From: Marsupella aquatica
Lineage: Eukaryota; Plantae; Marchantiophyta
Length of the DNA: 64,000 nt
Direction: 5' to 3'
Assembly: GCA_973895155.1 (NCBI GenBank)
Contig: OZ316897.1
Location: 16,057,375 to 16,121,374 of the forward strand
This document shows positions 1 to 14,156 of this stretch, piece by piece. Both the position numbers and the translations under genes were made by a program. Positions within the stretch are counted from its first letter, which is position 1, and every line of letters begins with the position of its first letter. The notes below the pieces were generated by a model. That model was not told the DNA's origin and ran no database searches. It saw only the letters and a list, made by a program, of their open reading frames with translations.

Positions 1-1655
1 ATAATTCTCTTGAATGTGTGTTGTATAGTGATGTAGTAGATGGCCTCCTGAGACTCCAATAATGATCATCTTCCTTTCATGACGTAGGCTCAGCCATTAG
101 ACATATGACACGACCAAGTGAAAATCATTGCAGGGTGGGTACCATCACTTTCCTAATGGAATGGTCAAGCATTCTTTACCGTGGGATCTGCTTTGGGTCT
201 CCATCCATGGTATTATGAAAAGCTCATCTCCAATGCTTGGCCCAGGCTTTGACCGGTACCAACTCCATACCTTCCACTGATGAGTCATTGTTGTGGCCCA
301 CTCAATCTCTCCATCTCCTGCATTGTGGATCATGTGTCTCCAGGGTTGGCACCTTTTCCAAGGTGTGGCAATTTTGGTTTTGGCAATAATGCCTTGTGGA
401 TCCTGTCCCCTGGTTTGGCCCTTTTTGTAATATATATGTAATGCCTTTTTGGATCCTCTCCTCTCATGTTTTGGGACTTTGGGAGATATATATGATCCTT
501 GTGGATCCCGTATATGACAATATATTTTGTATTATATCTATATCATAATCATAATAAACTTTGAATCATTGAGTGTACATTCTCTATTATTATATGTTGA
601 TGTGTAATATTTATACATTGATCTGTAATTACAGGGATGCCGAATAGAATGTGGAGTACACTCATAACCCCTAAGTGCACGCATACATATATTCCACTCC
701 TCCCTAAGTGCAATATGTATATGAAAAGGTATTGTTTTATAGTGCATTGTGTATGTAATGCCTCCAAAATGATAACTTCAGATCTAGTTTTGAGTGACTA
801 TTATTGTCCATGCATGATACTCTGGTAATAGGGCCTTGACACACTTAAAGGCCTTATTTGTACTAATCTGAGTAAGTAAAGGAGAATCTTCAAATTGATC
901 CAAATTTTCATTGCGGATTTGTCTGGGGAAATGCACTGAAATTGCTGAGAACAATAGGAGTAGAAAGTTTCACTTATGGCAATTAGGGAGAACTGCAATT
1001 TGTCGCACGAATTGCAATTGTATGCCATTGTTGCATTTGTGAAGGCTAACAGCAAATTTCAAGCAGGCCTGGTGCCAAAGCTACCCTCCCCAAAGCTCAT
1101 GCACTGGACTGGACGGAATCCCCTGTGCTATCTACTCCCATTTACAAAGCAAGTAGTGCAGATTGAGTGCCACAAAGGATATCATCATTCTGCATTATTT
1201 AGCAGACTACAGTGAAAGAAATGGGTCTCCTTCATGAAACTTCTCCAATGCCAATGCTACAAAGCCTGCGTTCATCAGGAATGGGTTTTCCACCTTTTAT
1301 GGACACATTTCTCTCTTCTGTGCAGAGTAAATGTCATACACTTTCTCCATGATTTCCTTGCAAAAATGGGCAGCTCCTTTGCAAATGTTGTAGATTTCAG
1401 TGTGTGAACATTTACCGTGTGCAAGGCAGGGTTTACATCAAAACCTGGATAACTGCAATGCATACATGGGGACTGACAGTCATTTGCATGTAAGGCATCT
1501 CTGGGGAAATTGTCCCACTTAATGGTTGCTTATATGCATAAGTGCAATTCCGTTCTTATAGAGGATTGCACTTGCACTTCCCCTTATGTCAAATTGCACA
1601 ATCCTCCAACTCCCATGTATTGCTTTGTTTTGGAGAGTAACAAAAAAACTGCAGG

Positions 1656-1867
1656 TACTCGAGGGATTCAGCTTAATTATGGAGGTTGCATATTTTTGTT
1701 TTTGGTAGTAAGGAAAACTTGCACTACTCGAGGGATTCAGCTTATGAAGGTTGCCTTTACTTACTCCAGGGATTCAGCTTAATTATGGAGGTTGCATATT
1801 TTTGGTTTTGGTAGTAAGGAAAACTTGCACTACTCGAGGGATTCAGCTTATGAAGGTTGCCTTTACT
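1656..1867. repeat. Tandem duplication, 2 x 106 bp, with an internal TACTCGAGGGATTCAGCTT subrepeat
   Basis: Near-identical units start at 1656 and 1762. Confidence 0.9.
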
Positions 1868-4800
1868 GAGGGATCAGTGTAGCAGTAGAGAGAATTGTAG
1901 TAGAAGAAAACAACTGGTTGTGGGGTCCTCCTTAGTTTCCAGGTGAAGGATTGCTTGGATCAAATTTGAGAGGTTGAGAAGTGGGCAGGTATGGTGAACA
2001 GGTCAGAAACGGAGCACATACGGTACATCTGGACGCTGTTGTGCAATCTTCTTCGAGTGGGGCCAGCCCCACAGAACAGCTTAGGGGGGCTTTCCAGAAT
2101 GTGGTGGTCATTCAATGTATCTCCATCCAACTAGAAAGTGAATGGCCAGTTGCACACGCTAAAAGGTAGATTGCCTTCGCCAAACGTGTAAGGTGTGGAG
2201 AAAATAAATGCAAAGACAGTAAAGAAATGGCAACTTGGTCTATTCTTTTAAACCACCTCAAGAGCAGGTCTGAGTTCTTGACAAGGAAGAATGCACAAAT
2301 CAGCAAAGGAAAGGGCCCACAAGAGGCCCACTGGTAGATGACTAGGATAGGTACCAGTGATGAGTTCATTATGAAGTTGCTATATACTGTAGGTGAATAC
2401 ACCTTTCAGATTTTGTATTCAAATTTTTTTATTTTATTGTGCCTTAACTAGGTGAATCATTTGTACTAATTTGATTTTGAATTAACTCTTGGACCCTTTT
2501 TAATTTTAGTGAATTAGAGTATTTTAAATGTATTTGGCTCCCCTCATAAATGTCTGAACTTACTTTTCAATCACTCCTTAGTGGATTATCTTTTTTTCTC
2601 ATGAGAGTGAGAGAAATGGGTTTGAACATTGTGCACATCTGGTGTACTAACTTTCACTCTTGGTTTACTTTACAAAATTTATGGTTTTCCTTGGAAACAA
2701 AATTTATGGTTTTAACTGAGTTGATTGTCATTACCTAGAAGCAAGTGAAAATTTGTATTGTATGTGCACAAACTTTGAACTGTCTTGGTCATTATATGCT
2801 TTTCTTTGCATGTGTGTTATGTCACTCACTCTTAATTAACAGATATTAATTTTTTGGCATACACTTTTCATGTACCTACTTTAGTTATCAAAAAATAAAT
2901 AACATGAATTACATATAACTACAAGACAAAGAAAGAGACATGTTCCTTCCAGATGAACATGCTATATGCCCCAAGTTCATGTACAGTGAATTGTGGCCCT
3001 TTCCCCGCATTGCATGGGTAGGGATTGGACCTCACAAACATAGGAAAAAGAACTGCTGCCTGATTGTGCCCCAAAAGTTCATGTAAAATGAAGTGTGGCC
3101 TGTTCCCACATCTGCATGGCTAGGATTGGATCTCACACATAGGGGAAAAAACCTTACTCTGGCCTAGCTCTTTCAAAGCCCCCCTTACTACATTACAGAT
3201 TGCCTGTAATCAAAGGACTGCGCACCTTTCTGGGACAGAGGTATTTCAATTTTTCGTCGGTTCAGCATGGCTCATGCTCGCTCTGGTGTGGGACCTCCAC
3301 ACACAGCATTGACGAAAGCTGGAGGACATGATAACTCAAAGTTCTTGGGGATTGAGGGGAGCACATGAGAAACCTTTCTTCTTCTCCCGTGTATGCACCA
3401 GTTTCACGTGAATGACCTTTTTTCGTCTCCTCTGTATGCTGTTTCACGTGACTAACTTTCTTTCATCTCCTCTGTATGCTGTTTCAATAAATGGAATTCA
3501 GTGAAATCTCTCGAGCATAAGTCAGACCTTTATGCTTCTCCTGTGAGCTCGATTGGAGAGTCTAATACTGGAGCTCCAATTTCTCAAGACGACGAGACTG
3601 CGCGTAGGGTGCTGCGTCTTTCTTTGGGTTTAGGGAGAGAGGCTGGATTTTCATGACAGATAACACACCTCCTGGGGACACGAGTCCAACAAGACGGAAG
3701 TGGAGAGCGAAATGGGCGAGCGGTCTCCGATTCTCTTGCCAGCGTATTTCAGCTGCTACTAGTCCTGGGCTATGGTAAACGTCGTGGATCATCTTCATCC
3801 CGATCTTCATCCGCAGGTGTTCTGGGCGGGGAGCCGGTGGAGTCCAGTGGACGTCGACACGCTGACCCTCAGGTGAGAGAGAGGGAGAGAGGGAGGACTG
3901 AGAAATTTGAATATCGGAGAGAGAGAGGGAAAGAACTGTGTCCTGGATGATAGAGAATGGGATTTAACCGTGCACGTTAGAATGTCATTACAAGAGAATG
4001 AGATAAGGCGAAGGAATGTATATTGGCAAGTCTCTGGATGGTTTAGTCAATAGTTGGTTCATATCGAATTTTTACAATTCTAATAATATCAACTTATGGT
4101 ATTGGTATGCATGGCAAGTTGTAAACTTAACAATTCACTTGGAGACCTGTATATTAGTAACGAAAGAAATTATTCATACCGCTGAGCTTTTTCTGGATCG
4201 AATGCACCCTCTTTTGAATTCTTTCGTGGAATTAGAAACCCTTTCCTGACAAGCGTAGTAGTTTAGTTTCTGCACAGGCCCAATGCAAGCCGGCGCGCGG
4301 TCGGAGGATTGCATTACTATTTGCCACTTTCGCAGTAGAAAGACGCGAGAGAAAATTTCCACAGTTTAAAGACGCAGGCGAGCACGTTTTTTGAGTGGCT
4401 TCTTGTTTTTCTGTGCCAAAGTCCAACCTCTGCAGTGAGAAATGCATGTCGACCAAATAACGGGTCATGCGAGACGTGTGGACTTTTGTTCGCCTTGTTA
4501 AGATTGTCGTTGTTTCGTTCACAGGTGTCAATGCTAAGAAGATAGAGATTTATTTCTTGGAACTAAAGAGCGCAGACAGATTAGGCCTCGGGATTCTGGC
4601 TCACCATGCTATGCAAGTCTGACGAAGAGTTCGTCCATAGGCAAACGGTCGTTGAATGCATGTGGAGAGAGCTCCAGAGAGCAATGAACGAATAGCACAA
4701 GCTGCTCTACAATCATGTTGGAAGAATCACGGCCAGTGGAATTCTCTTGGCCTAGGAATGCTATCCTAACACTTCCGTGACCTAAGGTCAACATTAGGTC

Positions 4801-5784
4801 AATAAACCATTCTGCCGGCGGTTCTTCTCTCCCTGTGATATAGGGTCACACGTCCCCCAAGTACAACTAAAACGTCCTCTGGATTCGTACCTTGTCACGT
4901 CCCAGCACAGCCACCAGCAATTCGCCGTCTACAACGAGACATGACCGCCTGAGAACACCCTACTTGCTGCGCAGGCCAATTGTAGTGGAGAATTCGCCCA
5001 ATTACTTGGAGGTAAAGAACCACCTCGTACCCTAGCTAGAATTTTCTCTGCATGGCCGGCAATCAAATCAAAGCCGGCCATCAAATCCGATCCAAGTGCT
5101 GGATTCATGCGTAGTTCCCATCTGTTCTCTTCTGCATCCCGCCTCACAGGTATAGTTGGGTTGCATGGAGCTTTTAGAGTTATCAATACTAGGCCCTAGA
5201 GTTGTACAGATATAGATTGTTTGTACCTATGGCTCTTCCTAACTAACTTCCTAACTAGCTTGTACAGCCAGAGTACGTAAAGCATCTGCCATGGCTTGAC
5301 AATGTGCGTGCCACCTTACTAGCGAACTAGCAGCTCCATAGGTGAAACCCATTACGAGCAATCAGTCCAAGATATCGATAGGTTGTACCGTACTTCCTAT
5401 ACTTAGCACTGACGAACCAATTGGTACAGCCAGATTACCGTCGAGCATCATTCTATCAAGGCTTGACATTGTGCTGGAGGATACTGCTATCTTACCTAGC
5501 AAACGAGCCGCTCTATAAGCGAGACCACGACGACCCATCGTCCAAAGGTATGGATAGGATTGTACCGGATGTAGATCTGAAAATCATGAAATGTTGACAG
5601 CAGCGCGTCTCTCTCAATCCGATCAACAAGATCTCGTACAGTACTGTACAAGATAGTTCCCTGGCGTGTTGGAGGGCTGGCGGTTTTCAAAATGGTAACC
5701 GCAATTTTGGAGGTAAGACTGAAGGTTGGAAGACAGCATTCAACGTAGTGATTCCGGGGAGGATGGCTGAGGTGTGAACTGGAG

Positions 5785-6232
5785 CATTGATCTCATTTGA
5801 AATCAAATTTTCACCTAAAATTCATTCATCCCGGGATGTCGTGGAGGAGGTGTGGGCGAAGGGCAGGCAAAATGGTGACTTCGTTGTTCTTCGAGGTTGG
5901 GACAAGTGCGGGAGCTTGATTCCTTGTGCGGAAACAGGTTCTGGAGCATCTGAGCTAACGCACTGTTGACGTGTAAGCTAATCTTTAGCCCAGTGATTTC
6001 ATTCGTTCCCTCTACATTGATCTCATTTCAAATGAAATTTTCACCTAAAATTCATTCATCCCGGGAGCGGTGGAAGAGACGTGGGCGAATGCCAGTGAAA
6101 ACGGCAACTCAGTTGTTATTCGAGGTAGAGACAAGTGCGGGAGGTTGATTCCTTCTGCAGAAATAGGTTCTGAGCTAACTCTCTGTTGACGTGTAGTCTA
6201 TCTTTAGCCCAGTGATTTCATTCGTTCCTCTG
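5785..6232. repeat. Diverged tandem duplication, 2 x ~225 bp
   Basis: Both units begin CATTGATCTCATTT..AAATTTTCACCTAAAATTCATTCATCCCGGGA and end TCTTTAGCCCAGTGATTTCATTCGTTCC. Confidence 0.85.
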
Positions 6233-8529
6233 CCTGGGAAGATTTCTCAGCCATTTATCCAGACTTGCGGATGAACTAGGAGTGACAGAGTCTTTGTGTT
6301 TTGGACACAAGGACTCGAAGGAATGTGCCCGATCAGCAGTCCAACAAGACAAAGGAGCAGTGCTTGGCCCAATTTATCCCGCACCGGATCACGAGGTCTT
6401 GCGGGAAATATGCCAGCTAATGTACCGTTCTCCAATTCGGACGGATGGGCGGGCTGGCACGGACTCGATTTGGCGCAGTCCTTTGAGTACCATCGCAGAC
6501 GCGGCAAGTCGGTCTACTTGAAATGAACTCATTAGATGTCAGTCGTTATATATCGCTTTGGCTGTTCTAAGATAGAGGCTCTCATTTGTTCTACACTGTG
6601 ACTTTGGGCTCGATCACACGGATGGAAGAGAGTTTGTCACCCAGTTACTCGTCGAAAAGCCCTTCATCGACACTGAGGCTCTGGTAATTTATACTTTTCG
6701 CCATAATGTGTAGAGCATGACCTTGCACATGTGTGTATGAGGCTGTTAGATGTCCGTGGCTTGCTGAAATTCTGAGCCTCCCTGATACATGCCTCGTAGC
6801 TTCCGAAGTACTGTAGCAGCTTCCCTGCGCCTGCCCGGATGTGGTCTGTGCATGTAGAGTGTGGTGAATCCATGCAGGATACGTTCAGTGGACCAATTCG
6901 ATCTCTCTTAGTTGTAAACGACTCATGCTTGCGATAATGCACAATCCCGAAGGTCCTCTGCGTGTCGGCGGCCATTTGCTTGCCTAAAGAAATATGCGTG
7001 CACTTCTATACCGGTATTGGAAGATATTCCTTGAACGTGATCCAAGGATATCTAGGTGGACGAATAAAGAATGTCTCTCAACCTTGTCGATATGCGGTGC
7101 GTTGGCTTCTGGAGTTGGTGAGCACAAACGGGAAGGCCAGGGGCCCAGTTCTCAAGTGGCGAGTCCCTGTGGCTGGGGCTCGTCCGAGTCTTTCAACCGC
7201 ACACGTATGTCTAGGGGGCTTTGAACTCAGTTGGCTACGGTAGAAGGTGAGCTCCGTTGGTCCGTTCACACCGCCGCCTCGCATTGTTGTGTAAAATGTT
7301 AAAGTCTGTGGGACCCAAAAGTGCACGTCGGATCATGCTGTCATGGCACAGACATTGTATTTGCCAATGTACAGACTATAGAGCCCTGCAGGTCATCAGA
7401 TCCAGAACGTAGAGGTGGGACGTTGCTTCACGCATGGTCATGCTACAAGAGCACCAGCTGCAGAGTTTGTGGACTAGACAGCAGATTGTTGTCTACTGTC
7501 TACTGGGAGTTGCCCACAGACTCTTCGTAGGGTAGTCTGGACTGGTAAATTAGAGCCTTTCTCTTGCCAGAAACTTTATATTGAAGAACACAATTTGGTC
7601 CACCACGATCATTCGACCGTCTGTCAGGTGGTTGTTCCGTCGCCCGCTGGTACCAGGGTCCGAGGGTACCTGCTGACTACCCAGCCCCGGGGCCAGCCCT
7701 CCTTCCATATGGCTGACGGTGCCGCCTTCCAACACCATAAAGACCCTTCCTGATAGAGTTCCAATTGTACATCAGAAATACTAAGGTCACCTTCAGTCTA
7801 TCGAATTCTTCCGCTCAATGTACAGAATCTCTTGACATTCAAACATACTACTCGAAAGAGACTCGTCCTCGTTGATCGACTAGTTCATAACCACTGTACC
7901 TGGTTTGCTATTCAGTCTGGAAGTAGCGTAAATGAGAACGTAGGTATAGTGTCCAGACTCGGAGCAAATTCAATTTGAGTGGAGAATTTGAGCATTCTAT
8001 TCTCCAATTGCTTTCTTCCCAGCCGAGACTTCGCTGCAAGGCGTTTCGGAGGCGTTTCGTGTATTGCAATAATTGTCTTCAAGCTTGCGAGAGTCATACA
8101 GGAACATGCTCTCTACAATTATATTCTTCTAATCTTATTGCGTCAAGCACCTGCACTGGGACGCCGTACGTGTATGGTTGCACATCAGACAATATTAACA
8201 TGATACTTTGTAACGAAGGAGTTGTTACAGAGCTGGATCCCTCATCATGAGCTAAACTTCCGACTAAAGCTGAGTACTACCTAATCTTGTTTGCATTTAT
8301 TTCTGTGACAGGTGCAGTAGGCGATTTGTAGTTTATGCTGATGGACGAGACTCATTCTATAATGTCCTCTTCAAGATACCCGTGGAGGAGGGGGAAGCTT
8401 ACCACTGAGCTGAAATGTGGCCCCGCCTAAGAAGAGGATAGGAACCTTTCAGCTGATATATTTCTGATCAATTGACCGGACACCCTATAATTCGAGGTGG
8501 ACAACGCACCAAAGATACAATAGGAAATT

Positions 8530-11055
8530 ATGGGTGATGAGAACCGGGCTCTGCGGTCTAATGACTCGAGCAAGAGCATTTCTACACCCAAACCAACGAC
8601 GAAAGAGGCCGGTGAAGAGCATCTCGGGTATCATGTTTCCTCCTCTCTCTCTAGACGAGGTTCCTTATGGCCTCAAACGTTTGGGAGTCAAATGGACGCC
8701 AAGATTTGCTCCTCATCTTTAAGGAATAGATCTGGTTCTGGCCTTGTAGACACCCAGTCTGCTGGCAGCACTGGCTGTAATTCGGATTCATTCAATGGTG
8801 CTGCAGCAGCTGCAGATGGGACAGATTCAGATTTGACAGAGCCTTTGCTTGGGAGGGATGCGGAAGAGAAGGCTCCCTCGGGCAAGAAGTCCGGGAGTGT
8901 TGATGAAGATCTGGAGACTGGCTGCAGGATAATTCATGGGGATTCGTTGAGTACTAGATGGTCCGAGTCTGCCCCTCGCACTGAAGGGCTAGGTAGCCCA
9001 GCTGGTTTTGGTGACCGTGAACATCAAGAGGAGGCAGTTCCCTCAGGGAGCTCGTTCCTGCAAGCTACGCTTAATGGCGTAAACGTCCTTGCAGGTAAGA
9101 TTGCGAAGCTCGGACAACCTTGGTTCTTATCTCGTTGCAGGTCTTCCTCGAATGTTACATACGGAAAGTCTATTGACAGCCTTAACTGCATACTTCTCTC
9201 TTCTCTCTCTCGGGATCTCATTGTCATGATGTTTAAACTGACTCCAGTTCTCTTTTCATTTTGGGTTTGCCTTCGAGTTCAATTGTTGGCTGTAGAGAAG
9301 GATACTCAAGTCCTCTAGTACCCTTCACATTCTAGGATATAGCAGCGGAAAGCTTAGACAATTTATTCTTTTCACTGCGCTCCCTGTTCCGATTCTTTGA
9401 CAGTTTCAGGCTTTGAGTGATTTGAAGAATTTGAGATTGAAGGCACTTAAGAAATTGTCGGTCGTGAGTCAAATGTAGCTATATTTCACGTGTGGCTCTG
9501 GAACTGTACATCTTCTCATTTTCTGTCTTCCTATGGTTAGCTAGTCGCCATTCCGATGTTCAGCGCCTTAAATGAGGATCTCATCCGCTGCTGATATTGA
9601 TGTTCTGACTACGCAGGAGTCGGAATTCTATCAACTCCTTATGCCCTTGCCCAGGGAGGCTGGCTCTCTATGGTCTTTCTTCTGCTATTTGCTATGATTT
9701 GCCTCTACACCGGGATTCTGTTGAGACGCTGCTTAGACACAGACTCTGCAATCTTAACGTACCCGGATATAGGCCAAGCAGCATTCGGCCGAAAAGGCAG
9801 ACTAGTGGTCTCAGTTCTACTATATTTTGAACTCTATTGTGTAACAGTTGAGTTTCTCATTCTGGAAGGGGACAATTTGGCGAGCCTTTTTCCCTTTCCT
9901 GGCTCTCCCATGGGCGGTTTCAGCTTCACAGAGCAACAAGTATATATTGTGATCTCAGCGCTCTGTATGCTACCTACGCTCTGGTTACGAGATTTGAGCC
10001 TCCTAGCGTATATTTCGGCTGGTGGAGTGGTTGCCTCTGTGGCGATTGTGTTCGCTGTTGGCTATGCGGGAGCCTTTGATGGGATAGGATTCCATCATAG
10101 TGGCATGCTGATCAACCCTAGTGGCCTTCCCGTTGCTGTGGGTGTTTATGCATTCTGCTTCTGTGGACATGCTGTCTTCCCCAGCATTTACAGATCAATG
10201 AAGCATCGACAAGACTTTTCCAAGGTACAATTTTCCTTCTATTCATTCTGCCAACACTGGGTGCTTTTGCCCTCAATGTCATTCTATTCTGCTTGTCCTC
10301 GGCCTTCAAATCTAGTTGCACCACGGACGGACATGAACGTTTGTTGTTGTCGTGAATGCTTTTTCTTGACCAGACGTCCACTGGATGTTTGGCTCCTAAT
10401 ATAAGTGAGAATACTTATCCTCGTGAAGTGGTCAATTTCCATCTCAATTAGAGCCCTACCTACATAGGAGGTACAGCTAACAAAACCGTTGTGTGTTTAC
10501 TGGCAGGTACTCCTAGTTTGCTTTGTGATTGTGACCATCATATACGCAGGCATTGGGGTCCTAGGCTACACAATGTTTGGAAATGAGGTGGAGTCCCAGA
10601 TAACTCTGAATCTGCCAAAACATTATTTGTCATCTAGAATCGCCATTTGGATCACCCTCGTGAGCCCATTCTCAAAGTTTGCATTGACCATCACTCCACT
10701 GGCTGTGGCATTGGAAGAGTTTCTACCCTGGACACCAAAGTCACGCCAGTATTTCATCTGGGGCAATGTCATCCGGACGGGGCTGGTGGTAAGTACAGTA
10801 GCCTTTGCACTACTCGTGCCCTTTTTCGGCTATATGATGGCTTTTATTGGCTCCTTCATGAGCGTGAGCGTTGCTGTCATCCTGCCCTGTCTCTGCTATT
10901 TGAGGATCTTTGGTCGTCGAGGTGGAGTTTCATCAGGAGAATACTCGTTGCAAGTTGTGATTGTGTTTGTGGGCGTAGTAACAGCTGTGGTAGGAACGTA
11001 CTCTTCCATCAATGGTATCATTGGTAGTTTCGATTATGTCACGCTGATGAAGTAA
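8530..11055 (+). CDS. AVT1: AVT1-like amino acid transporter (AAAP/Aa_trans family), ~573 aa; exons 8530-9094, 9617-10224, 10507-11055
   Basis: GT-AG splicing restores the family signature NGVNVLAGVGILSTPYA. Also has TYPDIGQAAFG, FCFCGHAVFPSIY, SQITLNLP, LLVPFFGYMMAFIGS and many hydrophobic segments. Exon lengths 565+608+549 nt sum to 574 codons. Confidence 0.93.
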
Positions 11056-11894
11056 TGTTGACTGCATCCATTGCTCACACCGTTAGACCAATGTTCGCAA
11101 GGGACATTCTCTTCGGAACATTGCTCGGTTTGGGGCATACCAGCATTTAGTAAAATGTTCACTGTTTGTCACATGTAAATATTTGATGAGTCGCTGGCAC
11201 AGAACAGTGCCATTTGAGGCTGAATTTATTTATAGATTTAAGGTAGTTTCTGGGAGATCAGATATGTTTCGAACCTAGTGATCAAAGTAGAGTGGTCCTC
11301 TGCAGTAGTCAAGGTCGAACAATTTTACATAATGGACCTCTCTACAAGTGGTGACTTCAAAGGGATTCTGCCATTTGCATCTCTTTACGACAAGATTGTT
11401 CACTGGACTTGGCTCACAGTTAGCAAAACAGTTGCAATTTTGAGCTTGCCTCTTGTGTCCTGTGGTTGAATTTGGGTATCAATGCAAGTAGAGACTTCAA
11501 TTTGAAATACAAGAAGCAGCAGCAACGTACAAGCTTCAATCTTGAAGTTAAAATATCACCACATTCGATGACAGAATTCTTGGAATGTAAAGGTCAAATG
11601 GCCTCATTCGTGTGTTCTGATCCTCTCTCACCCGGTTAAAGAGGTTCAAATTTTCCTCAGGGCAAACGTATGGGTCGAGCCTTTCTCGTGACTGAGCTGT
11701 AGTGTCCCCAATTCCATGGTGTCGATATGACGGTCAAGGGTGGTAAGATTGGCCGATGGTTCTGACTTGTGAGACAGACATCTCGTTCTGAGAACGTGTG
11801 CTACAGTCTCCTATATACACCCACCACTGTGATGACATCCCAGTTACGGTCGGGACTCTGGTGAATTGGTGGATAGTTGGACCAGCTCAGAGAA

Positions 11895-14156
11895 CTACAC
11901 TATCAGAGAAGTAGAACGCAGTGGAGGCATCGAAGCGGTTTTCCGGCAGTGCGGCGGTGGACCATAATTGTCATGATCTTTTGAAGGTGTGATGAAATGA
12001 GATTTCATTGAGCTGATCAAGGCGGCTTGGTCACTGAATTCATCTGGGTGGCCATACTCATCCGTATGCAGGGTCGACTGAGTGTCATAGACATCAATAC
12101 ACGGAATGAAACTTGGGACAGGTTTGGTACGAGGTAACGGTGGAAAGGGTCTAGAGCCTTTCCAAATGCTGACCACCTCCCTCATGTTAGGTCTTTCATT
12201 GGGGTCGGGGTGAGAGCAGAGAAGTCCGATCTTTAAAAACATAATCATCTCACCAGGATCGAATGCTTCTCGTAGTCGCCAGTCTGCTGCCTCCAAAAGG
12301 TTATCATTTCTGTAGAGACACCATACCCAATCCACAAGCAAAATGTAGTTGGAAGCTTGCTGATCCTGGAACGATAGTATGGGTCTCTTACCCGTGGCGA
12401 TCTCCAACACCATGGCTCCAAAACTATATACATCTGTCTTCTCTGTGGCTTTGAGCGTGTGGGCCATCTCTGGAGCCAAGTATCCATAAGTTCCTGCTAG
12501 AACTGCTGTACTGGGTGGTGCCTGATCGTGAGCAGATAACCTCGCAAGACCAAAATCCCCTAATCGACCATTAAAATCACTGTCAAGCATGATGTTTGAA
12601 GACTTGATATCCCTGTGTATGACTCGCTGCTCCCATTCCTCATGCAAATAGGCGAGGGCGCTGGCAATGCCAGTCACAATCTTCAACCTTCTGGACCACG
12701 TCAGGACAACCTCACCCGAGCCATCGGTGTCTTGGAAAAGGTGTTGATCCACGCTTCCGTTTGGCATGTAGTCGTAGACAAGCAAAAGCTCCCCTTTTTC
12801 ATGACACCAGCCTAATAGTCGTACGAGATTGCGATGTTGGACTTGACCGATGATCTTCACCTCTGCCAGAAACTCCCGAGCTCCTTGGTGTGAGGTAGAA
12901 GAGATTCGTTTCACTGCTATCTCCGTTGGCTTGTCAGCCCCTTTGAGCCACAACCTACCTCGGTAAACCGATCCAAATCCACCACTCCCAAGCAACGCGT
13001 TGGAACTAAATCCCTTTGTAGCAGCACTCAACACTTTGTACTTGAAACTTCGGGGACCTTGGTCCAGGAGAGCCTCGTCTATCTCATACTTCTTAGCAAG
13101 CTCTGTCAGTCGAGCGTTCCGCTTGTAAAGCACGAAAATGACGACCACGAGGAGCAGCAAAATCAGGACGGAAGGAACTGTGGCGACCGTTATGATAATG
13201 GCTTGTCTCTTTTCTGCTCGAGCTGCATCAGCAGCCGGGTCCCCGACCTTTCCGTACGAGTCTCTTGGGAAGTCCGGGGCTTGTCCGTCCGAGTTGAACG
13301 TCCAGCCAGAAATATACAGTATCGAGTAAATCAGATTCACCGAAGCCGAAGATTGTGGTATCGATATGTTCGGGGACGATCCCGAAAATCCAACATACAT
13401 GGGCTGTTGGGATAGTGCTGTGGTCAAATTGACAACACTAATAATGATTGGCATCGTGGGCTTGTCAAAGTTTGGAGAACTGCCACTTGCGTAAACCCGA
13501 AGGACTGGATTGTCGTATTCTATCCACACATCAAGTGAAACACTAACACCTTCAAATGACAAGTTTCCCATCAAGGGCGTGTTAGTGAGCGACGTTTTAT
13601 TCACCTCTACGCTAACATCTGCTTGGATTGGATAAGGGAACTGTGAACCTTCAGAAAACTGGAAGTTGACAGCAAAATAGCGGTCCGTCTGCTGTGTGGT
13701 GGTATCATTGGTGATGATGGTATCATTGGTGATGATGAAACTCAACCTGGTTGTATTTGTTACGGTACTTACCCCTAACTGAAACATGGTGCTAAACGAT
13801 GTAATTGTTGATGGATTAACGGACGTCGACTTGGTCAGCTGGACAGGATTGCCATAGAGGCAACTCCCGGTGCTTGTATAATCAGTACCTAATTCCAGAT
13901 TCATAGTATTGTTACCGGGAATGAAAGAACCAGCACAACTAATCAAGTCAGTTTGGCCGACATTTGCAACACCAGGTACCTGGACAGTGTAATTCCCCGG
14001 AGCATAAGGCATTTCGCCATACTCAAAGATGACGGGTTTCTCTCCCGCTGCAGCTGAGAAACGGAGCACGGCAACGGCGTCGAAGAATAGCAACAACAAT
14101 AATAAGACCTGCCACCGCAAAGTGCGACCACCGGGCCTGCCCCTCAGTAACTCCAT
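11895..14156 (-). CDS. L-type lectin receptor-like Ser/Thr kinase (LecRK), 753 aa, intronless
   Basis: Signal peptide, divergent legume-lectin-like ectodomain (TSFSTMFQL, VWIEYD, MYVGFSGS, GWTFNS), one TM helix, GPRSFKYKVL juxtamembrane motif, and kinase motifs GSGGFGSVYRG, AVK, HRDIKSSN, DFG, GTYGYLAPE. Confidence 0.93.
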   Translation of the reverse strand: MELLRGRPGGRTLRWQVLLLLLLFFDAVAVLRFSAAAGEKPVIFEYGEMPYAPGNYTVQVPGVANVGQTDLISCAGSFIPGNNTMNLELGTDYTSTGSCLYGNPVQLTKSTSVNPSTITSFSTMFQLGVSTVTNTTRLSFIITNDTIITNDTTTQQTDRYFAVNFQFSEGSQFPYPIQADVSVEVNKTSLTNTPLMGNLSFEGVSVSLDVWIEYDNPVLRVYASGSSPNFDKPTMPIIISVVNLTTALSQQPMYVGFSGSSPNISIPQSSASVNLIYSILYISGWTFNSDGQAPDFPRDSYGKVGDPAADAARAEKRQAIIITVATVPSVLILLLLVVVIFVLYKRNARLTELAKKYEIDEALLDQGPRSFKYKVLSAATKGFSSNALLGSGGFGSVYRGRLWLKGADKPTEIAVKRISSTSHQGAREFLAEVKIIGQVQHRNLVRLLGWCHEKGELLLVYDYMPNGSVDQHLFQDTDGSGEVVLTWSRRLKIVTGIASALAYLHEEWEQRVIHRDIKSSNIMLDSDFNGRLGDFGLARLSAHDQAPPSTAVLAGTYGYLAPEMAHTLKATEKTDVYSFGAMVLEIATGKRPILSFQDQQASNYILLVDWVWCLYRNDNLLEAADWRLREAFDPGEMIMFLKIGLLCSHPDPNERPNMREVVSIWKGSRPFPPLPRTKPVPSFIPCIDVYDTQSTLHTDEYGHPDEFSDQAALISSMKSHFITPSKDHDNYGPPPHCRKTASMPPLRSTSLIV

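Noticed and set aside
1000-8000. Coding-like relics on the minus strand (around 1100-1600, 3250-3850, 4550-5200 and 6250-7900)
   Set aside because: Many stops and no motif I can assign; probably old TE debris, needs blastx.
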